Of a stretch of 49,363 bases of DNA, positions 37,293 to 49,363 are shown in pieces. Numbering within the stretch: position 1 is the stretch's first letter; every line of letters begins with the position of its first letter. Source of the DNA: Pelagibacteraceae bacterium (GTDB lineage Bacteria; Pseudomonadota; Alphaproteobacteria; Pelagibacterales; Pelagibacteraceae); assembly GCA_011526385.1 (NCBI GenBank), contig WTIW01000011.1:1-49363 (forward strand), written 5' to 3'. The notes beneath the pieces were generated by a model. It was not told where the DNA came from. It was given only the letters and a program-made list of their open reading frames with translations, and searched no databases. The position numbers and the translations under genes are program-made.

Positions 37293-38205
37293 TGTTTAAG
37301 ATAATTCCTTCTTTAAGCTTACTACCTAAAAGAAAGTCTTCAATTAATTGAGATTTTTTTCCTTCTCTTTGAATTTCAATTATTTCAATTGAATTTAGGC
37401 CGCAACATATTGTGAGGTTTTTATCTATTATTTCACCTATTTTACCTGACTTTTTTGATAACTTTGCCTTTAATATTTTATATCTTTGATCTTGAAATTT
37501 GAACCAAGCTCCAGGTTTTGGATATAAACCATTAATTTTAGCTAGAATTTTTTCAGCAGGATCATTCCAATTTATTTTACCCTCTGATTTTTCAATTTTT
37601 TTTGCGTACGTTGCCTGATTATGATCTTGTTCATTAAATTTAATTTTCTCATCTAATATTTCTTTTATATTTTCTATAATCTTTTCTGATGCTAATTTTG
37701 ATAACCTTTCTGATAAACTTTTTGCATTTTCATTTTCTAAAATATTTATTTGATATTTGTTACAAACAGGACCTTCGTCTAGTTTTTTATTAATTTTCAT
37801 GATGCTAACACCTGTATTTTTATCCATATTGATCAGAGATCTTTGTATAGGTGCTGCACCTCTCCATTTTGGTAATAAAGATGCATGAATATTAATAAAA
37901 CCTTTTTTACTTAATCTCAGTATTTCTTCAGGAAGAATTTGTCCATATGCTACAACTATTGCAATATCTAAATTAAGAGATTTAATAAACTCCAATTCAT
38001 CTTCAATTTTATTTGGAGTTTTAATTTGAATTCCAAAATCTTCACTGAAAATATGTACAGGTGATTTATTTATTTTCTGTCCTCGATGTGATTTACGTGG
38101 TGGTTGGCTGAAAACACATGAAATTTTGTATCCACCTTTAATTATTGATCTTAGAATTGGAACTGCAAATTCAGGTGTTCCTAAAAAAGCTATCTTTATA
38201 TCCAT
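37285..38205 (-). CDS. fmt: Methionyl-tRNA formyltransferase
   Basis: FLGTPEFA, VVAYG, INIHASLLP.WRGAAPIQ. Confidence 0.97.
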   Translation of the reverse strand: MDIKIAFLGTPEFAVPILRSIIKGGYKISCVFSQPPRKSHRGQKINKSPVHIFSEDFGIQIKTPNKIEDELEFIKSLNLDIAIVVAYGQILPEEILRLSKKGFINIHASLLPKWRGAAPIQRSLINMDKNTGVSIMKINKKLDEGPVCNKYQINILENENAKSLSERLSKLASEKIIENIKEILDEKIKFNEQDHNQATYAKKIEKSEGKINWNDPAEKILAKINGLYPKPGAWFKFQDQRYKILKAKLSKKSGKIGEIIDKNLTICCGLNSIEIIEIQREGKKSQLIEDFLLGSKLKEGIILNNE

Positions 38206-38208
38206 TTA

Positions 38209-38733
38209 CTAAACAATAATTCTATCTGGCTTTTCTTTTTGTTTAGAAAGCTTTTTTATAATCATTGTTTTTTTTAATTTTGAAAGATAATCAATAAATA
38301 AAACTCCCTCTAAATGATCCATTTCATGTTGAATGCATGTTGCAAGCAAACCTTCAGCGTTTAGTATTTTTTTTTCACCATTATAATCAAGATACTCAAC
38401 ATCACATTTTTTGGGTCTATCTATTTCAGCAAAATAATTTGGAACTGACAAACATCCCTCTTCATATGTGGAAAGTTCTGAATTTTTATTTTTGATTACT
38501 GGATTTACAAAATATAAAGGTCTTCTTTTTTCCTCATTTTTTGCAATATCCATAACAATAATTCGTTTAGGAACGCCAATTTGAATAGCAGCTAAGCCTA
38601 TTCCGTTTGCATCATACATAGTATCAAGCATATCATCCATAAGCTTTTGTTCTTCTTTGCCTACAGACTCTACTTCTATAGATTTTTGTCTTAAAATTTT
38701 ATTTGGTTCTGTAATTATTGGTTTAATAGCCAT
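38209..38733 (-). CDS. def: Peptide deformylase
   Basis: GIGLAA.Q, EGCLS, QHEMDHL. Confidence 0.98.
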   Translation of the reverse strand: MAIKPIITEPNKILRQKSIEVESVGKEEQKLMDDMLDTMYDANGIGLAAIQIGVPKRIIVMDIAKNEEKRRPLYFVNPVIKNKNSELSTYEEGCLSVPNYFAEIDRPKKCDVEYLDYNGEKKILNAEGLLATCIQHEMDHLEGVLFIDYLSKLKKTMIIKKLSKQKEKPDRIIV

Positions 38734-38753
38734 TACTAATTTTATAACAAAAT

Positions 38754-40484
38754 TTATACTTTTAAAGGGAGAACTTTTAATAAAATTTCGTTTCTAAGAT
38801 TTACAATTTTTAACTCATTCATAATTCCAATTACAAAATTAACAGAGTCTAAGTCAAGATCCTCCAAGTCGTCCTCACCGATGATTTGGGCTATTTTTAA
38901 AAGTACTAGACCTGTTTCTCCATTAACAATCATTGAATTTATATCAGATGGAATATTTGTTTCGTACTCATAAAGACCATCATATTTCTTCAAAATTTGA
39001 ACTCCATCAGACTTTAAGGATTCAGCCATAATTATATCTTTGATTGAGAAAAAATATTTTTTGTTTTTTTTAATTTTTTTAAGCAAATCATTCGTCTCTT
39101 TTTCTACCTGAGGAAGACTAGTTTTATTTTGAAAATAATTTAGGAGTTTCGATTGGTGGAATACTTTATTATTAAATTTAATTTTTAATTCTGCAACTTT
39201 TTCTGGCTCTCTATTCTTTTTATAAAAAGAAGTAAAATTTGAAGGAACATCATCATATGGAATACTTTTTAGTGCCTTTGCAAGCTCATTATCAAATGCA
39301 CTCGATAGTTCAGCCTCATCAAATAGTTCTTTAAGCTTAGAGAGTATAGTAAGTTTTTGTGTAGTTTCATCAGAAAGTAAAAATCTCTGATATAACAACG
39401 CTCGAGCTTCATAATCATTTAAAAGTTTATATGCATCATTAAAATTAAGAAGTTGATTAATATCAAAACGGAATCTTTTATATAAATTTAACAACTCTTC
39501 TTCATCATAAACACCATCATTTGTTGCTGTTTCAATTAGTTTAATTTGGTCAGAACTTTCAATATCAACAAGATCTGAATTTTTTAGCAAATTTGATGTG
39601 GATAAATAATTCCAAATAAATTTTGGAGTTTCGATTTTAGGATCATATTCAAATGTTTCGATTGTTTTATGTGATATATGAAAATAAAGAATATTCTTTT
39701 CTGATAGTTGATCATTTGGTTTTTTATATCCCATCAAAATATTAAATTTATCTGAGAAAAACTTGTCCACGCTACCCAATTCAGATTTTAGATCAAATAA
39801 TAATTGAGCTTCATCTCTTCTTTCTTGATCTATCAAGCAATACATTTTGAAATTTGTTAAATAATCTTCAGAAATTGAATTAACTATTTCAAATATTTCA
39901 CATGACTTATCTAATTGAGAATTTGATAAAAAGTGATCTACATAAAATGTAATTAAATCATCACTTTCTCTAAGATTTGGATTTTTAATTAAAAATTCTT
40001 TTATAAGATTAAAATCTTTTTTCTTTTTTAAATAATTAAATTTAAAATCTAGGAACTCTTTTGGTGAAATATTATTATTTGGAATGTATGAATTAGTTAA
40101 TAGTGCAATTTCTAAAACCTTTTCAGAAAATTTTGATAATTCTTTTGTAGTTATATTATCTAAAACATATTTAATATCTTCTCCATTACTATTCGACCAC
40201 ATATCTATGGATAATCCATTTTCTTCAGGGTCATACAAACCTGCTAATTTAATTTCTGATGCACCTAAAGCGTTATTTACTAATATCTTTTCATTTTGTT
40301 GTTCAATTTTTATTCCCTGAATTATTTTATTTTCATCATCATTAGTATTTTCAATTAAAATTTCGTTTTCTTCAGTATCTTTTTTTTCAATATTCCAAAT
40401 GTCTACTGGTTCATTAGCACTTACTGGGTTGATTAATAAAAATGTAAATAGAAAAAATTTACTTAATTGTTTTAAAATTTTCAT
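38754..40484 (-). CDS. Exported helical hypothetical protein (likely start ATG 40484)
   Basis: Signal-peptide-like N-terminus ending NPVSA; long ORF; no family recognised. Confidence 0.75.
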   Translation of the reverse strand: MKILKQLSKFFLFTFLLINPVSANEPVDIWNIEKKDTEENEILIENTNDDENKIIQGIKIEQQNEKILVNNALGASEIKLAGLYDPEENGLSIDMWSNSNGEDIKYVLDNITTKELSKFSEKVLEIALLTNSYIPNNNISPKEFLDFKFNYLKKKKDFNLIKEFLIKNPNLRESDDLITFYVDHFLSNSQLDKSCEIFEIVNSISEDYLTNFKMYCLIDQERRDEAQLLFDLKSELGSVDKFFSDKFNILMGYKKPNDQLSEKNILYFHISHKTIETFEYDPKIETPKFIWNYLSTSNLLKNSDLVDIESSDQIKLIETATNDGVYDEEELLNLYKRFRFDINQLLNFNDAYKLLNDYEARALLYQRFLLSDETTQKLTILSKLKELFDEAELSSAFDNELAKALKSIPYDDVPSNFTSFYKKNREPEKVAELKIKFNNKVFHQSKLLNYFQNKTSLPQVEKETNDLLKKIKKNKKYFFSIKDIIMAESLKSDGVQILKKYDGLYEYETNIPSDINSMIVNGETGLVLLKIAQIIGEDDLEDLDLDSVNFVIGIMNELKIVNLRNEILLKVLPLKV

Positions 40485-40644
40485 TTGGTATGATTTTTTC
40501 AATTTTTTTATTTGGTGCTGGAAAATCAATTTTTGCGATGAATATAATTCCTATGACAAGAACCGCTACTATTAGAATAAGTTTGATCAAAAGCTTAATT
40601 ATACCCAATAGACCACCTGAACTTGTTTTTTTAGTAAATTGCAT
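40459..40644 (-). CDS. Small single-TM hypothetical protein
   Basis: One hydrophobic helix followed by P.P.K.IEK.IPN; overlaps the start of the downstream gene; divergent from aroK. Confidence 0.7.
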   Translation of the reverse strand: MQFTKKTSSGGLLGIIKLLIKLILIVAVLVIGIIFIAKIDFPAPNKKIEKIIPNENFKTIK

Positions 40645-40700
40645 ATAGTTTAAGTAATTTCAAAATAAGACATATTTGTGTTTTTTCAATATAGAAACCA

Positions 40701-41213
40701 ATGAAATCAAAAAAAAACATAGTTTTAGTCGGGATGATGGGTTCAGGTAAATCATCTATAGGAAAATTATTATCAAAAAAAATAGGATTAGAATTTATTG
40801 ATATTGATAAATTAATTGAAGAAGAAGAGAATAAATCAATTTCTGATATTTTTAAAATTAACGGAGAAAAATATTTTAGAGATTTGGAGGAAAAAATATC
40901 TATTAAGAAATTGAAAAGTGAAAACAAAGTTATTTCTCTTGGTGGAGGCGGTTATATAAATCAAAAAATTAGAAAACAAACACAATTAGGATCAATTACT
41001 GTTTGGTTAAATTGGAAAACATCCACTTTAATCGATAGAATTAAGGATAGTAAAAAAAGACCTGTTGTAACTAAACTCAAAATAAGTGAAATAAAAAGTC
41101 TTATTGAGGAAAGAGCGAAAATATATAATTCATCTGATTTTAAGATTAATTGTGATAAATTAAAGAAGAATGAAATTGTTGATACAATAATTAGTTTATA
41201 TGAAAGTAAATAA
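40701..41213 (+). CDS. aroK: Shikimate kinase
   Basis: GMMGSGKS, D.D, GE.YFR..E, SLGGG, KRP. Confidence 0.95.
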   Translation: MKSKKNIVLVGMMGSGKSSIGKLLSKKIGLEFIDIDKLIEEEENKSISDIFKINGEKYFRDLEEKISIKKLKSENKVISLGGGGYINQKIRKQTQLGSITVWLNWKTSTLIDRIKDSKKRPVVTKLKISEIKSLIEERAKIYNSSDFKINCDKLKKNEIVDTIISLYESK

Positions 41214-42306
41214 ATTAAGAATTACTACAAAATCAAAAAAATATTCAATTTTTATAGGTAGAAACCTAATTAATAATATAAATAATATTTTACGTTCTGA
41301 AAAATTATCATTCAAAAAAATTCTTTTAGTAATTGATAAGAATGTTCCATCTAAATTTAAAAAAAAATTATTAAAAAATATTAAAACACAATCAAAAAAA
41401 ACATTTATTTTTAATCCTTCGGAAAAAAATAAAAGTCAAAAAAGTATTGATGAAATTCACAATATTTTATTCAAAAACAGATTTAATCGAGATGATTGTA
41501 TAATTGCTTATGGCGGTGGGATAACTGGAGATGTGGTTGGTTATAGTGCCAGTATATACAAAAGAGGCATGAAATTTATAAATATTCCAACAACTTTGTT
41601 GGCTCAAGTAGACTCATCAATTGGAGGAAAAACTGGCATAAATAACAATTATGGTAAAAATTTAATTGGTAGTTTTTATCAACCAGACTTAGTTGTATCA
41701 GACATAGATATACTTAAATCTTTAAGTTCAAGAGAGATAATTTGTGGATATGCAGAAATATTAAAAAGTAGCCTAATAGACAATTACAAAAACTTTAAAT
41801 TCTTAAATGATAATTTGGAAAGCATAATTAATATAAAACAACCATATATTGGAAAAGCTATTCTAAATAGTTGTAATTTGAAAAAGAAAATTGTTCAAAA
41901 AGATGAGGTTGAAAAAGATATTAGAAAAGTTCTAAATTTAGGCCATACTTTTGCCCATGCATACGAGTCTTGTTTAGGTTATTCAAAAAAATTAAATCAT
42001 GGAGAAGCTGTTATATTGGGAATTAAAAACGCTATTGAATTTAGCTATAAACAAAAATTTTTAAATAAAAGAATTTATGATTTATTAAAAAATCATCTAG
42101 AAAATATTCCGTTAAATAAAAAATTAACTACTTTATTTAAAACTAAAGATGTAAATAAAATTATAACTTATATGAAGGCTGATAAAAAGAATAATTCAAA
42201 AAAAATAAATTTAATACTGATGAAAGATTTTGGTAAGATCAAAACTGACAGTCAATATAATGAAGCGATAATAAAGAAATTTCTTAATTTAGAACTAAAA
42301 AAATAA
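41200..42306 (+). CDS. aroB: 3-dehydroquinate synthase
   Basis: GGG..GD, PTTLLAQVDSSIGGKT, LNLGHTFAHA, HGEAV. Confidence 0.96.
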   Translation: MKVNKLRITTKSKKYSIFIGRNLINNINNILRSEKLSFKKILLVIDKNVPSKFKKKLLKNIKTQSKKTFIFNPSEKNKSQKSIDEIHNILFKNRFNRDDCIIAYGGGITGDVVGYSASIYKRGMKFINIPTTLLAQVDSSIGGKTGINNNYGKNLIGSFYQPDLVVSDIDILKSLSSREIICGYAEILKSSLIDNYKNFKFLNDNLESIINIKQPYIGKAILNSCNLKKKIVQKDEVEKDIRKVLNLGHTFAHAYESCLGYSKKLNHGEAVILGIKNAIEFSYKQKFLNKRIYDLLKNHLENIPLNKKLTTLFKTKDVNKIITYMKADKKNNSKKINLILMKDFGKIKTDSQYNEAIIKKFLNLELKK

Positions 42307-42555
42307 AATCTGCAAGGAATGAATATGTTCATTCATCTCTTTATCAATTAACTTGTATATAATTTTATTTGACTCAATTCTATTCATATTCTTAAGTGAG
42401 TTTGACTTTATTTTTAATTTTAAATGAAATTTGTTAGGCTGGTTTCCCTTGTGATCTTTATGAAGATATGACTTATCTTCAATTTCTAAATCATCAATCA
42501 AATTATTTTCTAAAATTTTTTTTTTTACTAATTCACTAAGTTGATTTATATCCAT
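42295..42555 (-). CDS. bolA: BolA family protein
   Basis: EDKS.LH..H, R....K.IY, IHSL; divergent from J-domain/cobS/cobT. Confidence 0.8.
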   Translation of the reverse strand: MDINQLSELVKKKILENNLIDDLEIEDKSYLHKDHKGNQPNKFHLKLKIKSNSLKNMNRIESNKIIYKLIDKEMNEHIHSLQILFF

Positions 42556-42575
42556 AAATTAATTTAATATATAAC

Positions 42576-43097
42576 ATGAAAAATATATGTGATTGGAATA
42601 ATTGTTCTGAAGAGGGTCATTACAAAGCACCTAAAGAACGTGATAACAGTAAAAATTATAGGCTTCTTTGCTTAGAACACATAAAGGAATTTAATAAAAA
42701 TTGGAATTATTTTTCAGGAATGAATGACCAACAAATAATGGAATTTCTTAGATCAGATTTAACTTGGCATAAACCAACACAAAGTTTTAGCTCATCGGAC
42801 AATTTTTTTAAAGTACTATGGAATAACGCTTTAAAAGATGAAATGGATAAAATGAAATTTGATAATGATTTTAACCACATGAATAAATTTAAATTCAATC
42901 ACAATGATATAAAAGCTTTTGGGATTCTTGGAGTTTCGGTCGGTTTAAAGTGGGAAAAAATACAGGCAAAATTCAAAAAACTTGTCAAAAAATTTCACCC
43001 TGATATGAATGCTGGGAATAAAAAATTTGAAGATAAACTTAAAGTAATAACTTTAGCTTATACTCAATTAAAGAATACTTATAAGGATAAAAATTGA
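42576..43097 (+). CDS. J-domain protein with N-terminal Cys/His motif
   Basis: C-terminal KKFHPD; N-terminal CDW..C..APK..CLEH..EFN..WNYF.GM. Confidence 0.88.
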   Translation: MKNICDWNNCSEEGHYKAPKERDNSKNYRLLCLEHIKEFNKNWNYFSGMNDQQIMEFLRSDLTWHKPTQSFSSSDNFFKVLWNNALKDEMDKMKFDNDFNHMNKFKFNHNDIKAFGILGVSVGLKWEKIQAKFKKLVKKFHPDMNAGNKKFEDKLKVITLAYTQLKNTYKDKN

Positions 43098-44068
43098 CAC
43101 CAAATATTGAAAAAACACCAGACATTAAGCTTTCAGTAAATCAAACTTTTGGAATTGAAAGTGACATGGAAGTTGATGCATTCTCTGAAAGAACTGAGTA
43201 TGTGCCTGAAATAGATAAAACCTACAAATTTGATAAAGAAACAACATTGGCAGTATTAAGTGGTTTTGCATTTAACAAAAGAGTTTTGGTTCAAGGTTAT
43301 CATGGTACTGGTAAATCTACACATATTGAGCAAATTGCAGCAAGATTAAATTGGCCATGTATTAGAATTAATTTAGATAGTCATGTAAGTAGAATCGACT
43401 TAATTGGAAAAGATTCAATTGTTATTAAAGATGGCAAGCAGGTCACTGAATTTAAAGAAGGAATCCTTCCTTGGTCAATTCAAAATCCAGTTGCATTAGT
43501 TTTTGATGAATACGATGCGGGTAGACCAGACGTTATGTTTGTTATTCAAAGAGTTCTTGAGGCAGAAGGAAACTTTACATTGCTCGATAAAAACAAAGTA
43601 ATAAAACAAAATAAATTTTTTAGATTATTTGCTACTTCTAATACTGTTGGTTTAGGTGACACCACAGGTCTTTATCATGGAACGCAGCAAATAAACCAAG
43701 GACAGATGGATAGATGGAACATTGTTACAACTCTTAATTACTTAGGTTTAGATAAAGAAATGGAAATAATATTAGGAAAAAATAAAAACTTAAATAATCC
43801 AAAAGGTAAGGAAAAAGTTGCAAATATGATTAAAGTTGCGACTTTGACCCGAAAAGGATTTATGGCTGGTGACATTTCAACTGTTATGAGTCCAAGAACA
43901 GTGCTTCATTGGGCAGAAAATTCTGAAATTTTTAAAGATACAGGCTATGCCTTTAGGGTAACTTTTCTTAATAAATGTGACGAGGTCGAGAAAAATACCA
44001 TAGCTGAATATTATCAAAGATGTTTTGGAGAAGATTTGCCAGAGTCAATGATAAATGTTCAAGTTTAA
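43094..44068 (+). CDS. cobS: CobS-like AAA+ ATPase (TTG start)
   Basis: GYHGTGKSTHIEQ, VFDEYDAGRPD, MSPRT, YYQRCFG. Confidence 0.93.
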   Translation: MTPNIEKTPDIKLSVNQTFGIESDMEVDAFSERTEYVPEIDKTYKFDKETTLAVLSGFAFNKRVLVQGYHGTGKSTHIEQIAARLNWPCIRINLDSHVSRIDLIGKDSIVIKDGKQVTEFKEGILPWSIQNPVALVFDEYDAGRPDVMFVIQRVLEAEGNFTLLDKNKVIKQNKFFRLFATSNTVGLGDTTGLYHGTQQINQGQMDRWNIVTTLNYLGLDKEMEIILGKNKNLNNPKGKEKVANMIKVATLTRKGFMAGDISTVMSPRTVLHWAENSEIFKDTGYAFRVTFLNKCDEVEKNTIAEYYQRCFGEDLPESMINVQV

Positions 44069-45871
44069 ATGAATCAAGAAGATAATTTCAAAGAAAAGTT
44101 CAAACAAGCAATAATATCTACCGTAAAAGTAATTTCGGATGATTTTCAAATAAATTCTAAAAATAAAAATAAGATAAATGAAGAAAATCTTAATATAAAA
44201 AATATTGAAAACATAAAAGATAAAAAAGAATTTATAAAAATTAGAGCAGAAACAGACTCTGAAGCTTTAAGAAGAAAATTTTCAGATAAGACAATTTTCG
44301 AAAAAAAAATGCCAACAAATCAAACTTGTCAGTCTTTATATAAATTATCAGAAAAAATAAGATATGAGATGTTAGGTTCTAAGATGTTGAAGGGTATTTC
44401 AAGTAATTTTCAAAATAATTATTTTAATAAGTTAAAAAATATAGATGCATCAAAAATAAAACAAAAAGACGATGTTAATATTTCTGATGCATTTGAAATA
44501 TATATGCTAGATAAATTTTTAGAAATTAAACTTGAGCCAGATGCTTTGAAATTATTAAGCTTTTGGGAGAAAGAATTAAAAGAGTCTTTTGATAAACACT
44601 TATCCTACTTAAACAAAAACTTGGAAAACCAAGAAAATTATAATTCTAAATTTTCTGAAATATTAGAAAATATGGAAATCTTCGATAATGAAGATAATGA
44701 GGAGAAAAAAGAAACCCAAGAAGATAATAATCAAGATAATTCAGGCCCAAATGAAGATAACCAAAATAATTCCGACAATTCTGAAGAAAAAAAAGAAGAT
44801 GACTCAATCAATGAAGGAATGGATGGCCTGGATGATGTGAATGAATTTAGATTAGATGATCAAATTATTAGTGATGAAAATGAAAATCAACAGTCAGAAA
44901 GTGTGATACAGAAAAAAAATCTTGGTGTGAGTGACAAAGAGTATAAAGTATTTACAACAGAATTTGATGAAGTAGCAAAAGCAGAAACTCTAGAAAGTCC
45001 TGAAGAGATTTCTAAATTAAGAAAAAATCTAGACCAACAACTCACAAGCTTTCAAGATTTAATTACAAAGCTTGCTAACAAACTGCAACGTCAATTATTA
45101 GCAAAACAAAATAGAGCTTGGGAATTTGATTTAGAGGAAGGGCTTTTAGATAGTTCAAAACTTCCAAGAATAATTATTGATCCATATAATTCTCTTTCCT
45201 TTAAAAAAGAAAAAGATTTAGATTTTAAAGATACAGTTGTAACACTTTTAATTGATAATTCTGGCTCTATGCGTGGAAGACCAATAACAATAGCTGCTTT
45301 ATGTGCAGATATATTGTCAAGAACACTAGAAAGATGTTCTGTAAAAGTTGAGATTTTAGGTTTTACAACAAAAAATTGGAAAGGTGGCCTAAGCAGAGAA
45401 GAATGGAATAAATCAGGGAAAACAAAAGATCCTGGAAGACTAAACGATCTTAGACATATCATTTATAAGTCAGCTGATACCCATTGGAGACAGTCAAAAA
45501 AAAATTTAGGTCTGATGTTAAAAGAGGGTCTTTTGAAAGAAAATATAGATGGAGAAGCTATAACATGGGCTTTCAATAGACTAAAAAAAAGAAAAGAAGA
45601 AAGAAAAATTATGATGGTAATTTCAGATGGAGCGCCAGTAGACGACTCAACGTTGTCTGTTAATTCGGGAGATTTTTTAGAAAAACACTTAAAGAAAATT
45701 GTTAAATTTATTGAAAATAAAAGTGATATTGAAATATTAGCAATTGGTATTGGTCATGACGTATCCAGATACTATCAAAAAGCAATAAAAATAACTGATG
45801 TCCAAGAATTAGGAGATGTAATGATTGGTCAACTAAGTGGATTGTTTGAAAATAAAAAAAAATTGCACTAA
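44069..45871 (+). CDS. cobT: CobT-like VWA protein
   Basis: Acidic linker; DNSGSMRG (MIDAS), [31 protein letters not shown]. Confidence 0.93.
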   Translation: MNQEDNFKEKFKQAIISTVKVISDDFQINSKNKNKINEENLNIKNIENIKDKKEFIKIRAETDSEALRRKFSDKTIFEKKMPTNQTCQSLYKLSEKIRYEMLGSKMLKGISSNFQNNYFNKLKNIDASKIKQKDDVNISDAFEIYMLDKFLEIKLEPDALKLLSFWEKELKESFDKHLSYLNKNLENQENYNSKFSEILENMEIFDNEDNEEKKETQEDNNQDNSGPNEDNQNNSDNSEEKKEDDSINEGMDGLDDVNEFRLDDQIISDENENQQSESVIQKKNLGVSDKEYKVFTTEFDEVAKAETLESPEEISKLRKNLDQQLTSFQDLITKLANKLQRQLLAKQNRAWEFDLEEGLLDSSKLPRIIIDPYNSLSFKKEKDLDFKDTVVTLLIDNSGSMRGRPITIAALCADILSRTLERCSVKVEILGFTTKNWKGGLSREEWNKSGKTKDPGRLNDLRHIIYKSADTHWRQSKKNLGLMLKEGLLKENIDGEAITWAFNRLKKRKEERKIMMVISDGAPVDDSTLSVNSGDFLEKHLKKIVKFIENKSDIEILAIGIGHDVSRYYQKAIKITDVQELGDVMIGQLSGLFENKKKLH

Positions 45872-47145
45872 ATATCTATTAAGTTTTTATTTTGCCACTC
45901 AATCTTAATTTCAGCGCCACCTCTTGTTTCTGAATTTCTAAATATTAGCTTAGCATTATTTTTTTCTAATAATGTTTTTCCAATAAAAATACCTAAGCCA
46001 AGACCTGACTTACTTTTGTCTTTTGTCTTTATAGATTTTAAATAAGGTTCTCCAATTTTACTAAGAACATCTTTTGGAAAACCTGGGCCATCATCCTCTA
46101 TTGTTATTTCAGATGTTTCGCTATCACTTTTAAGTGATATATAGATATTGTTTTTTGCAAATTTGTTTGCATTTCCTACAAAATTTCTAATTCCATAAAC
46201 TATTTCAATGGATTTTCTTATGTCGAAGGCATTTGCATCTTGTTCAATATCAATATCAAAATTCTTTGCTGAAATTTCTTTAAATGATGAAACTATCTCT
46301 TTAACATAATCAGCAAGACTTAGATCTTTATCAATAAAGTCATCTTCAATTGTTGGATTTAATGTCAATCTTCTAAGTATCTCATTACATCTTTCTACTT
46401 GGCTAACTAAAAGTTCAACATCTTTTTTTAAATCAATATCATTTTTAAACTGCTCATAAAGTTCATCTGAAATTATTTTAATTGTAGAAAGTGGTGTTCC
46501 TAATGAGTGTGCTGCAGCGGCAGCTTGACCTCCTAATGAAACTAGTTCATGCTCTTTTGAAATTACTTCTTGAATTTTATCTAAGGCTTCTTTTCTAATA
46601 TTAGACTCTTTACCAAAAGATATTGCAAAATAATTTAAAAAAATTAAAGCAATAATAAGAGCTAGAGGAATTGAATAAAAGAAATAATCATTTACCTCAA
46701 TCTCATTTAGAGGTGATGGCAATTCTTGAAAATAGAATGTTAAAAATAAAATAGCCAAAGCTGTAATTGAAATTAAAAATATATTTGTTTTTATTTCTAA
46801 ACTTGATGAAGCAAAAACACTTGGAATGAGTAAAAAAATTGCAAAAGGATTTAAAATACCGCCAGATAAATAAAGCAGAGCTGTTAATTGAATAATATCA
46901 ATAAGTAAATAATTAAAAGCAGATCTATTCGAAAGGTGGGCTTTTTTATAAATATATATTAAGAATAAATTACTTAATGCTCCAATAAAAATTATTATAT
47001 TTGCAATAATATAATCAAATTCAAAACCAAAAATGAATTTAACACTATTGATTGTTATAAATTGACCAATAATACCAATCCATCTTAAATTGATATAAGT
47101 TGATTTATTTAGTGAGTATGTTTTAGAAGTTTGACCAAACTCCAT
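45868..47145 (-). CDS. regB: RegB/PrrB/ActS family redox sensor histidine kinase
   Basis: LRW, GGILNPF quinone-binding motif, H-box [11 protein letters not shown] redox Cys, DDGPGF, GLGLG. Confidence 0.9.
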   Translation of the reverse strand: MEFGQTSKTYSLNKSTYINLRWIGIIGQFITINSVKFIFGFEFDYIIANIIIFIGALSNLFLIYIYKKAHLSNRSAFNYLLIDIIQLTALLYLSGGILNPFAIFLLIPSVFASSSLEIKTNIFLISITALAILFLTFYFQELPSPLNEIEVNDYFFYSIPLALIIALIFLNYFAISFGKESNIRKEALDKIQEVISKEHELVSLGGQAAAAAHSLGTPLSTIKIISDELYEQFKNDIDLKKDVELLVSQVERCNEILRRLTLNPTIEDDFIDKDLSLADYVKEIVSSFKEISAKNFDIDIEQDANAFDIRKSIEIVYGIRNFVGNANKFAKNNIYISLKSDSETSEITIEDDGPGFPKDVLSKIGEPYLKSIKTKDKSKSGLGLGIFIGKTLLEKNNAKLIFRNSETRGGAEIKIEWQNKNLIDI

Positions 47146-47148
47146 TTT

Positions 47149-49227
<2,079 letters not shown>

Positions 49228-49363
49228 TTATATCATTTTTAAAATTTTTAATAAAATCCAGAAAGCTGTTAGTATTAAAAAAGCATTGCTAATCAACAGT
49301 TTTTTGATGTTTTTTTGATTTTTTTTCTATATTTAAAATTAAGTCAAAAATGATCTTTTTTTG

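Noticed and set aside
44680-44900. GAAGATAAT-like repeats in cobT
   Set aside because: Codon repeats of the normal acidic CobT linker, not a DNA repeat element.

Overview
Very AT-rich, densely packed alphaproteobacterial core-genome segment. Gene content, gene order and near-absent intergenic DNA point to SAR11/Pelagibacterales (inference). It holds about 50 CDS: arg, aro, trp, his, dap, LPS transport, rpsA, rpmH-rnpA-yidD-yidC, def-fmt-truA, bolA/J-domain/cobS/cobT, regB and gyrB. It also holds three tRNAs (His-GUG, Phe-GAA, Thr-GGU). I saw no CRISPR array, IS, integrase or prophage. Three small ORFs are missing from the supplied track: rpmH, a 34-aa basic ORF before dcd, and a His-rich candidate leader peptide. 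The most interesting signals are: (1) a His-rich uORF (HRHHFH) with a terminator-like hairpin directly upstream of tRNA-His-hisS-hisZ-hisG, with hisS starting 4 nt after the tRNA CCA; (2) a nuclease trio (RmuC, phage-type PD-(D/E)XK exonuclease, ExoI) at the trxA position where addAB usually sits; (3) an HDAC-family gene next to a SET-domain gene; (4) a tryptophan synthase with altered catalytic and allosteric residues in both subunits. All calls come from reading motifs by eye; no database searches were run.
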